Positions 36,613-46,561 of a DNA stretch of 64,000 nucleotides are shown here, piece by piece; the stretch's first letter is position 1, and each line of letters starts with the position of its first letter. Source of the DNA: Roseibacillus sp. (GTDB lineage Bacteria > Verrucomicrobiota > Verrucomicrobiia > Verrucomicrobiales > Akkermansiaceae). The notes under the pieces were generated by a model. It did not search any database. It was not told the origin of the DNA and saw nothing but the letters and a program-made list of their open reading frames with translations. The DNA is taken from contig JBPOGI010000004.1 in NCBI GenBank assembly GCA_051251855.1, positions 396,675-460,674 of the forward strand, written 5' to 3'. The position numbers and the translations under genes were made by a program.

Positions 36613-38532
36613 TCAATAGCTCACTGCAAGCCGAAAGAAGCGAGAGTCGTCCCCGCCTGCGAGAGAAGTAGAATACCAAAAAAGCCCACTTCCGTCGTTT
36701 TCTTCGCTGGCAGTTACATCGGACCATACACTCAAATCAGTTGACGTCAGAACTTGGTAGGTCAATTCATTCGCCTCTTTTCGGAATTGAAATTGCGCCT
36801 CGTTCGCCAACAGAAACATACTGGGGGCCAATAGTGCATCGGCCTCGGTGGGATTCATTCCCTGCGAATATTCGATGAGATTGGGTACTCCGTCGCCATC
36901 CTGATCTTGCCCGTCTCCTGCTAGCGAAGTCCCATCAGGATCCTCGAAATACCCATCCCGCCACGACTGCAGCGCGCTGAGAAGTTCATAACATCCCACA
37001 TCAACCCTTCCATCGGCGACGCGACTAGCGCCCGCAAAGTCCTTCTCCCCACCTGCCGGAGTGAAGGGAGGCGAAGGCTCACCCAAGTTTTTACAGTAAG
37101 ATGTTTCCGCAAGCTCAAAGTTGGTCGCCAATGGACTCTGCCAAGGCACCGCAACAACAAACTCTGGATCGTGAAAGCTAGAGTTCACCTCACCCCCGAC
37201 CGCCCCCCTCCAAGCGGCCAAACCATTAAAGGAAGCGTTGCTACCCGACTCGTTCAATCCAAACTCGATGTCTCCCTCATCCCCTTCCCAGAAATAGACA
37301 TTGTAGTCGAAGACATTGGTCGATGAGAAGGCCCGCTGGGCAGCTGTCCCGCCTTCCACGTAGTGAATCACCATCTGTCCGGTGTTCGTATTCGCCCACA
37401 GGATATTATTCTTAAAGGTGTTGTTCTCCAGAAAATGTTGCAGCGCAATTTGACCACCGTAAGTCACCCGAGAATCATTGCGAAAAAGAGTATTGTTAGA
37501 GACCTTGCACAACCGCGTCGTTCCCCGCAGCGCATCATAGCCACCCATAATAATCCCCGGCCCAAAGTTGTGATGCAGTAAATTGTTTCTCATCACAATT
37601 TCATCGGTGAACCCGCTCGCATTCTCACTCGCTAGTTCAATCCCAAAGTTACAGCGATAGACCTGATTGCGCTCCACCACAATACGCGTTCCGCCATCCA
37701 CATAGATACCTGCTGCCGACTCATCACCACCCCCAGTCGTGAAGCCGCCCCCGTAGCCAGGGTTAAAGGCGGAGTCGATATCGTACACCACATTTTCACT
37801 ACAAACCCCGTCCCTTGCCCGATCGACCCCAGAGGGAGCGCTTCCTTCATACCCAATAAAGTCGATGCCGATATTGTTGCAATCATGGACACGGTTACCC
37901 CGCACCGTGAAGTTCGTCACATTTCCATTCAAAACCACCGACTCACTTTGTCCCGTTCGCAAATCAGAAACTTCGTTCTCTTTCAAAACCAAACCATCAA
38001 TCGGACTACTCGACGTTCCGTATACTGCGATTCCAAATCCATTGGCCGACAGGCTGGTACTATTTTGCTGAATGTGATGAACATGGCAGCCCGAAATCTG
38101 CGTTCCCACCCCACTCCCCTCCACCAAAATTCCTACCGGGGTGCTCGCACTTGCTGCCGTGGCATAATTCCGAATCTCTAGGTCCTTCACGTGGACATGA
38201 CTACTATTCAGAATCGACACCAAACCTACTCGTCCCCCTGACGGAACTGTCAAAGACGTGCCATCAATCACCGCAATCTCATCTGGAAAGCTTCTCACCA
38301 CAATCGGGTCAACGAACGTCCCAGCCTTACCCGAAAACACGAGTCGTTCCGCATAAACTCCTTCCCGTAAAAATAAGGCATCCCCCGCCTCCAGTTCTCC
38401 CGCAGCAAAGGCAAACGTCTTCCATGGAGTTCCTATCGCCCCAGAATCCCCATCATCTCCAGTGGGACTCAGATAATAGTCCGCAGCTCCTACAAAGGAG
38501 GCCATCGAAAAAAACATCACCAGAAATTTCAC
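36613..38532 (-). CDS. Secreted right-handed parallel beta-helix protein (DUF1565/pectin-lyase-like) with choice-of-anchor-Q-like region and FFRL terminal domain
   Basis: YYLSPTGDD...G....PWKT; GIYVDGG; D..G..R......D.G.YE; DGDGVPNLIEY..G; ends FFRLAVSY. Confidence 0.85.
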   Translation of the reverse strand: MKFLVMFFSMASFVGAADYYLSPTGDDGDSGAIGTPWKTFAFAAGELEAGDALFLREGVYAERLVFSGKAGTFVDPIVVRSFPDEIAVIDGTSLTVPSGGRVGLVSILNSSHVHVKDLEIRNYATAASASTPVGILVEGSGVGTQISGCHVHHIQQNSTSLSANGFGIAVYGTSSSPIDGLVLKENEVSDLRTGQSESVVLNGNVTNFTVRGNRVHDCNNIGIDFIGYEGSAPSGVDRARDGVCSENVVYDIDSAFNPGYGGGFTTGGGDESAAGIYVDGGTRIVVERNQVYRCNFGIELASENASGFTDEIVMRNNLLHHNFGPGIIMGGYDALRGTTRLCKVSNNTLFRNDSRVTYGGQIALQHFLENNTFKNNILWANTNTGQMVIHYVEGGTAAQRAFSSTNVFDYNVYFWEGDEGDIEFGLNESGSNASFNGLAAWRGAVGGEVNSSFHDPEFVVAVPWQSPLATNFELAETSYCKNLGEPSPPFTPAGGEKDFAGASRVADGRVDVGCYELLSALQSWRDGYFEDPDGTSLAGDGQDQDGDGVPNLIEYSQGMNPTEADALLAPSMFLLANEAQFQFRKEANELTYQVLTSTDLSVWSDVTASEENDGSGLFWYSTSLAGGDDSRFFRLAVSY

Positions 38533-38770
38533 GCCCTCAAGATGCCCCCTTCACCTTCGGACGACAAGAAGACAACTCAAGCTCCCCTCAACCCCAAAAT
38601 CCAAAGCCCCGTCCTTTGCATCTTCGCCTCTTTGCGGTTCAAAATTCTCCTCTCCGTGCTCACTCCGCGCCCTTTGTGATTCTGCGTTGAAACTCGAAAC
38701 ACCAACTCACCCCCCCAAAATGAAAGCTATCAAGATTGTCGCCCTGCATTGACCTGCTACTCTCACCCCA

Positions 38771-39712
38771 ATGAGCACATCACCCATCACCTTTCAACCC
38801 CTTTACAAAACCCGTGTCTGGGGCGGCCGTGTACTTGAGTCCCGCTATGCGCGCACTCTCCCGGACGAACAGCCTTATGGAGAATCTTGGGAACTTGTCG
38901 ATCGAGCTGAAGACCAGTCCGTGGTCACTTCCGCCAACTTCAACGGCAAAACCCTGAACGAACTCTGGACCAACCACCGAGCTGAAATCTTTGGCGAAGG
39001 CCTCCCCGACTCCGAGCGCTTCCCTATCCTCATCAAAATTCTCGACTGCCAAGACGACCTTTCCATCCAAGTTCACCCTCCCGTCGACCTCGCGCCTTCC
39101 CTCAACGGCGAACCCAAGACTGAAATGTGGTATCTCGCTGGGGCCGAAGAGCGAGCCAGCCTTTACATCGGCCTTAAGAATGGAGTCACCCGCCAACAAT
39201 TCGAACAGTCCATCCAAGAAGGTACCGTCGCCGACTACGTTCATCGTATTGTCCCTAAAGAGGGCGAGTCTATCTTCATTCCCTCCGGTCGTCTTCACGC
39301 CATTGGAGGAGGCAACCTCATTTTCGAGATTCAGCAAAACTCCGACACCACCTACCGCGTCTTCGACTGGAACCGTCTTGGACTTGATGGCGAGCCACGC
39401 GAGCTTCACATCGATGAGTCTCTTGCCTCTATCGACTTCGACGACTTCGAACCCGACATGGACACTCCCATTGGCAACACTCTCGCCACTTGCGAATACT
39501 TCCAAACAGATGAACTCAAGGTCGCTGCCGGGGAATCTCTTTCCAACCCGGATGAAAACACCTTTTCCATTTTAGCGGTGGTGAAAGGTCAGCTTGCCTC
39601 TGCTAAAGAGATTCACAGCGAAGGCGATTTTCTTCTCTTACCGAAGGGTTGCCCACCACTCAGCGCCAAGAAAGATTGCACCGTTCTTCAAGTCACACTT
39701 CCGAAGTCTTAA
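38771..39712 (+). CDS. manA: Type I mannose-6-phosphate isomerase
   Basis: VWGG, GESWE, FP.L.K.LD, LSIQVHP, KTEMWY, G.LHAIG, EIQQNSDTTYR. Confidence 0.93.
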   Translation: MSTSPITFQPLYKTRVWGGRVLESRYARTLPDEQPYGESWELVDRAEDQSVVTSANFNGKTLNELWTNHRAEIFGEGLPDSERFPILIKILDCQDDLSIQVHPPVDLAPSLNGEPKTEMWYLAGAEERASLYIGLKNGVTRQQFEQSIQEGTVADYVHRIVPKEGESIFIPSGRLHAIGGGNLIFEIQQNSDTTYRVFDWNRLGLDGEPRELHIDESLASIDFDDFEPDMDTPIGNTLATCEYFQTDELKVAAGESLSNPDENTFSILAVVKGQLASAKEIHSEGDFLLLPKGCPPLSAKKDCTVLQVTLPKS

Positions 39713-39833
39713 CGGACAATGGAACGCGAGTCTTCAGCTCGGTTCCCCCGAAAAAGTCGAGGCCCCACTGCAATCGTCCTACCGGTAGGGCCAAGTAAAA
39801 GCTCGCGGTCTATCCCACTTTTAGAGGACCCCT

Positions 39834-40799
39834 CTAACGTAAGCCCACTGCTTTTCGAACCCGAGTCAGCACCTCGTCTGCCTCTTCGCGAGCTCGAGCC
39901 GCTCCGTCAGCGAGAACTTTCTCAACATAGGCGTCATCCTTTTCTAACTCTTCACGGCGCTCTCGCATGGGGGTAAAGTGGTCCCAATAGGCATCGAAGA
40001 GGCGCTGCTTCAAATCGCCATAACCGAATCCGCCCGCCTCAAAATCAGCTTTGAGCTGGGCCTGATCAGCCTCGTTGGCAAAGAAGCGATAGAGGTCGAG
40101 AATGATGGAATTTTCGGTAGGCTTGGGAGCCTCAAGCGGAGTCGAGTCCGTCTCGATTTTCATCACCAGTTTGCGCATTTTTTTCTGCGCTCCGAAAATT
40201 GGGATCGTATTGTTGTAACTCTTCGACATTTTCTGCCCATCCAGGCCAGGCACTTTCGCAACCTCATCCCGAATGCGCGCTTCCGGTAGCACCAAAGTCG
40301 CCTCCCCGAACTGGTCATTGATCTTGCCAACCAAATCTCGCGTCACTTCCAAGTGCTGCTTCTGGTCCTCCCCTACCGGCACCAGATTAGCATCATAGAG
40401 TAGAATATCTGCCGCCATTAGCACTGGATAGGCAAAGAGAGCATGATTCGCGGAAAGTCCTTTCGCAATTTTATCCTTATACGAGTGACACCTCTCCAAA
40501 AGCCCCATCGGACAGACTGTCGATAGAATCCAGGCCAATTCATTCACCTCGGGCACATCGGACTGCCGAAAGAAGAACGCCTTCGCTGGATCCAAACCGC
40601 AAGCTAGAAAGTCGATAGCCAGCTCCCTGACATTCTCCCGCAACGCCGCGGGATCTGACGTCGACGACATCGCATGATAGTCGGCAATGAAGTAAAAAGC
40701 CTCCCCCTCATCCTGAAGGCGCACCGCAGGCTCCATGGCTCCAAAGTAGTTGCCGATGTGGAGTTTCCCTGACGGCTGGAGTCCGGTAAGAATTCGCAT
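39834..40799 (-). CDS. trpS: Tryptophan--tRNA ligase
   Basis: TGLQPSG.LHIGNY, YPVLMAADIL, VPVGEDQ.QH, KMSKS. Confidence 0.98.
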   Translation of the reverse strand: MRILTGLQPSGKLHIGNYFGAMEPAVRLQDEGEAFYFIADYHAMSSTSDPAALRENVRELAIDFLACGLDPAKAFFFRQSDVPEVNELAWILSTVCPMGLLERCHSYKDKIAKGLSANHALFAYPVLMAADILLYDANLVPVGEDQKQHLEVTRDLVGKINDQFGEATLVLPEARIRDEVAKVPGLDGQKMSKSYNNTIPIFGAQKKMRKLVMKIETDSTPLEAPKPTENSIILDLYRFFANEADQAQLKADFEAGGFGYGDLKQRLFDAYWDHFTPMRERREELEKDDAYVEKVLADGAARAREEADEVLTRVRKAVGLR

Positions 40800-40910
40800 G
40801 GCGGTCTCATAACCAGCTTCAGCCAGTGGGGGAAGCGCGAAGGTTATCGGATTTTCAGGACTGCCGTGGCTTATTCTTAGACTAGCTCGCTTATTACAAA
40901 GTGCTTCCTA

Positions 40911-41003
40911 CTGGGAGCGCCGGTCTTTGACCGGCCCCAACGGTCCGATACAACGGTCCGACACTACGGTCCAGCAGGGCCGGTCACAGACCAGCGCTCT
41001 CAG
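40911..41003. repeat. Second REP/MITE-like element with 27-bp imperfect terminal inverted repeats and three internal 13-bp repeats
   Basis: CTGGGAGCGCCGGTCTTTGACCGGCCC ... GGGCCGGTCACAGACCAGCGCTCTCAG enclosing CAACGGTCCGATA/CAACGGTCCGACA/CTACGGTCCAGCA. Confidence 0.75.
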
Positions 41004-41032
41004 TGCCGGTTCGGCCCCAATGCCCTCTCGAC

Positions 41033-41065
41033 AAAAAAGGGCCCCCGACATCATGTCGAGAGCCC
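41033..41065 (-). terminator. recA intrinsic terminator
   Basis: Minus strand GGGCTCTCGACATGATGTCGGGGGCCC-TTTTTT. Confidence 0.75.
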
Positions 41066-41098
41066 ATGTTATGAGATTGTTCAGTCCCTAATCGAAAA

Positions 41099-42145
41099 CT
41101 ACTTCGCCATTTCGGCTTTCACTTTGTCCTCAATTTCGAGGTAAAGCTCTTCATTCTCCTTGAGCGCATTCTTGGTTCCATCACGCCCTTGGCCCAGTTG
41201 GTTACCGTCGTAACTAAACCAACTTCCTCGCTTCTGGACGATTCCGAACTCAAGCGCGAGATCCAACAAGGAGCCCACTGAAGAAATTCCCTCGTTATAC
41301 ATGATGTCAAACTCGGCCTCCGTGAAAGGAGGAGCCACCTTGTTCTTCACCATCTTAATTTTGGTGCGACTTCCCGTTACCACGCCATCGGTTCCCTTAA
41401 TCTGGCCAATGCGACGAATATCAATCCGCACCGAAGAAAAGAACTTGAGCGCACGACCACCAGGAGTGGTCTCAGGACTACCGAACATCACTCCAATTTT
41501 CTCGCGGATCTGGTTCGTGAAAATACAGACCGTGCGAGCCTTGGAAATATTCGCGGTCAGCTTCCGCATCGCCGCACTCATCAAGCGTGCTTGGGCGCCG
41601 ACAGTGGTATCACCAATCTCGCCGTCCAATTCCTGACGCGTCACCAATGCCGCAACCGAGTCGAGAACGACGACATCGAGAGCGTTCGAGCGCACGAGAG
41701 TCTCACAAATTTGCAGGGCTTCCTCACCTGAAGAAGGCTGGGAAATCAAAAGATCGTCCGTGTTCACCCCCAACTTACGAGCGTAGGAGGGGTCAAGCGC
41801 GTGCTCCACGTCGATAAATGCTGCCAGTCCGCCCGCCTTTTGCGCCTGCGCAATCGCGGTGAGAGTGAGGGTTGTCTTACCGGAACTTTCTGGACCGAAG
41901 ACCTCGATGATACGGCCACGTGGCAGCCCACCCACTCCAAGAGCACGGTCAATGAGTAGGTTACCAGTAGGAATCGAGTCGACATCCATTCGAGTGTCGT
42001 CACCCAAACGCATGATGGCGGCTTCGCCAAAATCTTTCTGGATTTGGGTAATCGCAAGGTCGAGATTCTTCACTCGAGCCTGCTGGATCTTATCATCAAT
42101 CGCAGCGGCGCGGGATGATTTTGCTTTCGGGGACTTTTCAGACAT
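41099..42145 (-). CDS. recA: Recombinase RecA
   Basis: [52 protein letters not shown]. Start placed at MSEKSPK. Confidence 0.99.
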   Translation of the reverse strand: MSEKSPKAKSSRAAAIDDKIQQARVKNLDLAITQIQKDFGEAAIMRLGDDTRMDVDSIPTGNLLIDRALGVGGLPRGRIIEVFGPESSGKTTLTLTAIAQAQKAGGLAAFIDVEHALDPSYARKLGVNTDDLLISQPSSGEEALQICETLVRSNALDVVVLDSVAALVTRQELDGEIGDTTVGAQARLMSAAMRKLTANISKARTVCIFTNQIREKIGVMFGSPETTPGGRALKFFSSVRIDIRRIGQIKGTDGVVTGSRTKIKMVKNKVAPPFTEAEFDIMYNEGISSVGSLLDLALEFGIVQKRGSWFSYDGNQLGQGRDGTKNALKENEELYLEIEDKVKAEMAK

Positions 42146-42201
42146 TTTTGGTTTTTCTTCAGCTACGGTGACCATGACGATACTTTTTGAGTTCGCCAAA
42201 G

Positions 42202-42267
42202 GTTTTAGCCCCCTCCTGACAACCGGTCAAGAGAAAACTGTTCAAATGATTATTGTTCTTCTGATTA
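42202..42267 (-). promoter_or_regulatory. recA promoter with two tandem putative LexA (SOS) boxes
   Basis: TTGACC-N17-TAAAAC (42230..42202, minus strand); TGTTC-AAAT-GATTA (42239-42252) and TGTTC-TTCT-GATTA (42254-42267). Confidence 0.6.
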
Positions 42268-43290
42268 TTCAACAACAGGCTCTGGATTCACGGTCGGAGC
42301 CTTAGGCTTTTCTGCAGCCTCAGCCTCCTCAACAACACTGGGCTCTCCAGGCAACTCTACCTCTGCAGGCTGCTCCTGCGCCTCTTTTTCCATTTGGGCC
42401 TTCAACTCCAAATGCTCAGAAATGCTCTTCTTAATCTGCTCAACATTCTGGGTGAACTCTGACTCAGGTGCGAAGGTCGCCATTTTATCAATCTCGGCAA
42501 AAGCCTCTTCTTGTTCGCCTCGCTCCACATGAACCATGACACGCCCCATCAGAATGTGCTGTCTCTCTTCCCCCTGAGGATCGTGCTCGGCGAGGAAGGT
42601 GTCCACTTGCTTCAGGACAGCATCAAAATCTCCAGCAGCGAGGTTTTCTTCGACCTTCTCTTCGAAGGTAGCCATGGCCTTAGCAGTCGCCATCTCGGCA
42701 ATCATGCCCGTCTCATCTTCGGGATCGAGTTTCGCAAGTTCCGCTAATTCAGCGCTGAAATGCTCTTCAATCTCAACTCCCGCGAGAGTTCGTAAAAAGG
42801 CTACCAAAGCTCCTTTACGCGCATCTCCTTCAGCCGCCTTGAGATCAGTAAAAGGCTTACTGATTTTTTCGAGATGCTTCAGATAGGCTTCCGGTCCCCC
42901 CGCCTCATAGCCTGTGCGCGCAAACGCACGGCCCTTTTCATCAAAAAGCAAGACACTCGGGAATCCTTGGACCCCTAGTTTCTGAGCCAACTCCTCGTTT
43001 TTAGCCCGTTGCTCGGGAGCAATCACGCCCTCAGCTTGAGGAAAATCGAGTTCGACTAAGACATACTTATCACCAGCCACCTCGAAGGCTTCTTGGCTAA
43101 AAACCTCCTCCTTCAGCTTGATACACCAATGACACCAGTCTGAACCGGTAAAATCAACGAGCATCGTTTTACCCGACTCCGCAGCCGCTTTTTTTCCTTC
43201 TTCAAAGTCGCTCAACCACTTGAGCTCCCCTTGCGCAGCACCCACCAAAAGTCCCAGCGTTCCAACCGCTGCCAATAATCTATTCTTCAT
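42265..43290 (-). CDS. Exported thioredoxin-family protein with C-terminal helical domain
   Basis: Signal peptide; DFTGSDWCHWC; GFP. Confidence 0.9.
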   Translation of the reverse strand: MKNRLLAAVGTLGLLVGAAQGELKWLSDFEEGKKAAAESGKTMLVDFTGSDWCHWCIKLKEEVFSQEAFEVAGDKYVLVELDFPQAEGVIAPEQRAKNEELAQKLGVQGFPSVLLFDEKGRAFARTGYEAGGPEAYLKHLEKISKPFTDLKAAEGDARKGALVAFLRTLAGVEIEEHFSAELAELAKLDPEDETGMIAEMATAKAMATFEEKVEENLAAGDFDAVLKQVDTFLAEHDPQGEERQHILMGRVMVHVERGEQEEAFAEIDKMATFAPESEFTQNVEQIKKSISEHLELKAQMEKEAQEQPAEVELPGEPSVVEEAEAAEKPKAPTVNPEPVVE

Positions 43291-43351
43291 TACTGCGATA
43301 GGACGCAGCTTGGCGGTGGATTAGTCAAATTCAAATCGTGCAAGCCGACAA

Positions 43352-44227
43352 CTATTCCTCGGCCGCCTGACGCAACTCTTCAGCTTTCTTGCGAAGCTCC
43401 TCAGATTTCTGTCGAAGATCTGCAGCGCGTTTTTCAAAGGCATCCACCTGAGGAGTCGCTTCCACTTTTTTCGCGTTGGGCGCTTCTGGTTTTGCCTTGG
43501 GCTTCTTGGCTGCGACTTTCTTCTCTGACTCCTGCACCTCCTTTTTCTGCGCGAGTTCGCGCGCGGTAGCTTCTGCCTTGTGAGCCTCGTTGTGAGCAGC
43601 TTGGGCCGCAGCCAAATCAGATTCTGCCTTCGTAAAAGCCTTTTCCGCCTTCGCTAAATTCAGGTGACTCGCCTCAAGAGCCTGCAAGGACTGCTGATGA
43701 CCTGAGACTTTCTCGGGTTTCTCCTTCGAGACCACCTTCTCCGCCTTGGCTGCTTCCTTTGCCTTTTCCTTCTTAGGCTTTGCCGCAGGCTTTTCCTTCT
43801 TGGGCTGAACAGGCTTCACCGGCTTGGGCTTTTCATCAACCGCCGCCAAGGCTGCATTCGCACGCTGCTTGAGGCCCATCGCTTGCTTGCCAAGAGTCGT
43901 CGTCGGCTCCTCATCATGAAGCGCCTGCGCGGTCTTGGAGGCCTTTGCGAAATCGCGCGCACGCATCAGCGAAAAATACTGCAAAGAGAGAGCCGCCTGC
44001 TTTTGCTCAGCATCAAGACCCTCTTCCGAAAGATAGACGTCACACTGCTCCGCCGCCTTCCCAAACTTGCGGTCCGCCCAGAGCTTTTCCAACTCGCCAC
44101 GAAGCTGCTCGAAACCATCCCCCTTCTCCACCTCCCGAGCTTGCGCTACCTCAGCCTTCTCCTCCGCCGCATAGCCCAAGGGAATCACGGAACCCATACA
44201 GATCAGACCAAGAATAAAAAATCGCAT
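43352..44227 (-). CDS. Hypothetical secreted protein (TPR-like helices plus Lys/Ala/Glu-rich coiled coil)
   Basis: Signal peptide; KPKPVKPV and AEKA-rich composition. Confidence 0.8.
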   Translation of the reverse strand: MRFFILGLICMGSVIPLGYAAEEKAEVAQAREVEKGDGFEQLRGELEKLWADRKFGKAAEQCDVYLSEEGLDAEQKQAALSLQYFSLMRARDFAKASKTAQALHDEEPTTTLGKQAMGLKQRANAALAAVDEKPKPVKPVQPKKEKPAAKPKKEKAKEAAKAEKVVSKEKPEKVSGHQQSLQALEASHLNLAKAEKAFTKAESDLAAAQAAHNEAHKAEATARELAQKKEVQESEKKVAAKKPKAKPEAPNAKKVEATPQVDAFEKRAADLRQKSEELRKKAEELRQAAEE

Positions 44228-44351
44228 AGCCCATCTTTAGGCCGCCCTCTGGATCGAGGCAAGCGAACAAGGCCAACGCTCTCGCAAACTTTCTCCAAAA
44301 GTTCTCGGTTCAGTCTGGACTCTGCTCCTTGGTTTCTGGTCTCTTATCGGC

Positions 44352-45737
44352 ATGTCTGAAACACGCATTGAAAGCGATTCTATGGGCGAAATGGCCGTCC
44401 CTATCGAAGCCCTCTACGGAGCCTCCACCCAGCGCGCCGTCCTCAACTTCCCAGTCTCCCACCGCCCTGTCGATCCCTTGATGGTTCACGCCTATGGACT
44501 CATCAAACTCGCTGCCGCCCGCGCCAACGGCGAACTCGGAGTCGTCGATACAGACAAAACCGCCATCATCGAACAAGCCGCGCGCGAAGTACTCGAAGGC
44601 AAGCACGACGAACACTTCCCCGTCGACACCTACCAAACCGGTTCCGGCACCTCGACCAACATGAACGCTAACGAGGTCATCGCCAACCGCGCCAAGCAAA
44701 TCGCCCCAGATTGCGGCGTCCACCCCAACGATCACGTTAACCAGAGCCAATCCTCCAACGACACCTTTCCCACCGCGATGCACATCGCCACCGGAATGGC
44801 GCTCAAGGATCTCCTTATCCCCGCGCTCGAAGGCCTGCACAAATCGCTCGTGCAAAAGGCACACGAATTCCACGACGTTCTCAAGATTGGCCGCACCCAC
44901 CTCATGGACGCCACTCCTGTGCGTCTCGGGCAAGAGTTCTCCGGCTTCGCAAAGCAAGTCGAACGCTCCCTTGACCGCTCCCACAAAGCCCTCAATGCCA
45001 TCTTCGAACTTCCCCTCGGTGGCACCGCCGTCGGCACCGGCCTCAACTGCCATCCCGACTTCCCCAAAAAGGCCATCGCCATCATCGCAGAAGAAAGCGG
45101 TATCGACTTTATCGAAGCTGAGAATCACTTCGAAGCTCAAGCCGCCAAAGACGCCCTCGTCGAAGCTCACGGCCAGCTCAACACCATCGCCACCAGCCTC
45201 TACAAAATTGCGAACGACGTCCGCCTGTTAGGTTCTGGCCCTCGCTGCTCCATCGGTGAGATTTCACTTCCCTCTACACAACCCGGCTCCTCCATCATGC
45301 CCGGCAAAGTCAATCCTGTGATGGCAGAAGCAGTCACCATGGTCTCCGCTCGCGTCTTCGGAAACCACAGCACCGTCACTTGGGCTGGCGCCAACGGACA
45401 CTTCGAGCTCAACGTCTTCATGCCCGTCATGATTGACGCCGTTCTTCAGTCTACTCGCTTGTTAGCCAACGTCGCCGCCATTTTCGATGAAAAGTGCGTG
45501 CAAGGCATCGTCGCCAACAAAGAACGTTGCGAGTCCCTCATTGAGAACTCCCTTTCCATGGTCACCAGCCTCGCCCCCATCATTGGCTACGAGCCCGCCA
45601 GCAAGATTGCCAAAGAAAGCGTCGCCACCGGCCGCACCGTACGCGATCTCTGCGCCGAGCGCCTCGACGAACTTGGCATCGACGCCAACCAACTCGCCCT
45701 CGCCCTCGATCCCGGCACCATGGCGGGAGACAACTAA
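44352..45737 (+). CDS. fumC: Class II fumarate hydratase
   Basis: QTGSGTS.NMN.NEV, HPNDHVN.SQSSND, GRTH..DA.P, GSSIMPGKVNP. Confidence 0.97.
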   Translation: MSETRIESDSMGEMAVPIEALYGASTQRAVLNFPVSHRPVDPLMVHAYGLIKLAAARANGELGVVDTDKTAIIEQAAREVLEGKHDEHFPVDTYQTGSGTSTNMNANEVIANRAKQIAPDCGVHPNDHVNQSQSSNDTFPTAMHIATGMALKDLLIPALEGLHKSLVQKAHEFHDVLKIGRTHLMDATPVRLGQEFSGFAKQVERSLDRSHKALNAIFELPLGGTAVGTGLNCHPDFPKKAIAIIAEESGIDFIEAENHFEAQAAKDALVEAHGQLNTIATSLYKIANDVRLLGSGPRCSIGEISLPSTQPGSSIMPGKVNPVMAEAVTMVSARVFGNHSTVTWAGANGHFELNVFMPVMIDAVLQSTRLLANVAAIFDEKCVQGIVANKERCESLIENSLSMVTSLAPIIGYEPASKIAKESVATGRTVRDLCAERLDELGIDANQLALALDPGTMAGDN

Positions 45738-45774
45738 GAAAGAAGCTGGAAGCACCAGCTCCACATCAATGGTC

Positions 45775-46500
45775 ATGAATACGAAAACCTTCCTAACTAC
45801 AGCCCTCACCACTCTTCTCGTAGGAGCTTCACCGAGTTTCGGGCAGTCTCTCAGTGAACAATTGATCGCCCGCGAGACCAATGGTTCGAAGATGGGCCCT
45901 GAGATTAAGGCTAAGTTTGCTAAGGGCATTGCTTCGGTCAAGGAGGCCGGAATCGTCGAGAGCGCCAAACAAGTTGGGGACCTAGCCCCCGACTTCACAC
46001 TCACGAACGCCACCGGTAAAGAGGTCACCCTTTCCGATGAACTCAAGAAGGGTCCCGTAGTCCTGACCTGGTATCGCGGCGGCTGGTGTCCCTATTGCAA
46101 TATTGCGATGGCCGCGATGCAGGACAGCCTGCCAGAAATTCAGAAGGCTGGAGCGACCCTCATTGCCCTTACCCCAGAGCTCGCCGACAAGACCCTCTCC
46201 ACGGTCGAAAAGAACAAACTTGAGTTCGAGGTTCTCACTGATCTCAATCATCAAGTAGCCCAAGAATACGATCTCCTTTTCAAGCTCACTCCCGAGGTCG
46301 AGAAGCTCTACGGTGAATTCTTCGACCTCAAAAAATACAACGGAGCCGACGCCGGCACCGACACCCTCCCCCTCGTCGCCACCTACATCATCGGGCAAGA
46401 CGGCAAGATTGTCTGGTCCTTCCTCCACCACGACTACCACAAGCGCGCCGAACCTGCCGACATCGTCGCCTTCCTTGAGAAGACAAAGAAGAGCCAATAA
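45775..46500 (+). CDS. Exported AhpC/TSA peroxiredoxin-like protein
   Basis: Signal peptide; GD.APDFTL, YRGGWCPYC, RAEP. Confidence 0.9.
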   Translation: MNTKTFLTTALTTLLVGASPSFGQSLSEQLIARETNGSKMGPEIKAKFAKGIASVKEAGIVESAKQVGDLAPDFTLTNATGKEVTLSDELKKGPVVLTWYRGGWCPYCNIAMAAMQDSLPEIQKAGATLIALTPELADKTLSTVEKNKLEFEVLTDLNHQVAQEYDLLFKLTPEVEKLYGEFFDLKKYNGADAGTDTLPLVATYIIGQDGKIVWSFLHHDYHKRAEPADIVAFLEKTKKSQ

Positions 46501-46561
46501 AAAGAACTGGGACAGCGACTTTGCAAGCTGCTCAGAAAGGACCATAGTAGGCTTCGATAAA

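Noticed and set aside
38600..38690. Degenerate CTTTGC/CTCCG short repeats
   Set aside because: Low-complexity intergenic repeats too degenerate to define a unit.
45487..46561. Long N-terminal extensions or frameshift fusions of the peroxiredoxin (from 45487) and the dehydrogenase (from 46313)
   Set aside because: The extensions are shadow frames of the upstream genes; proper starts exist at 45775 and 46562.
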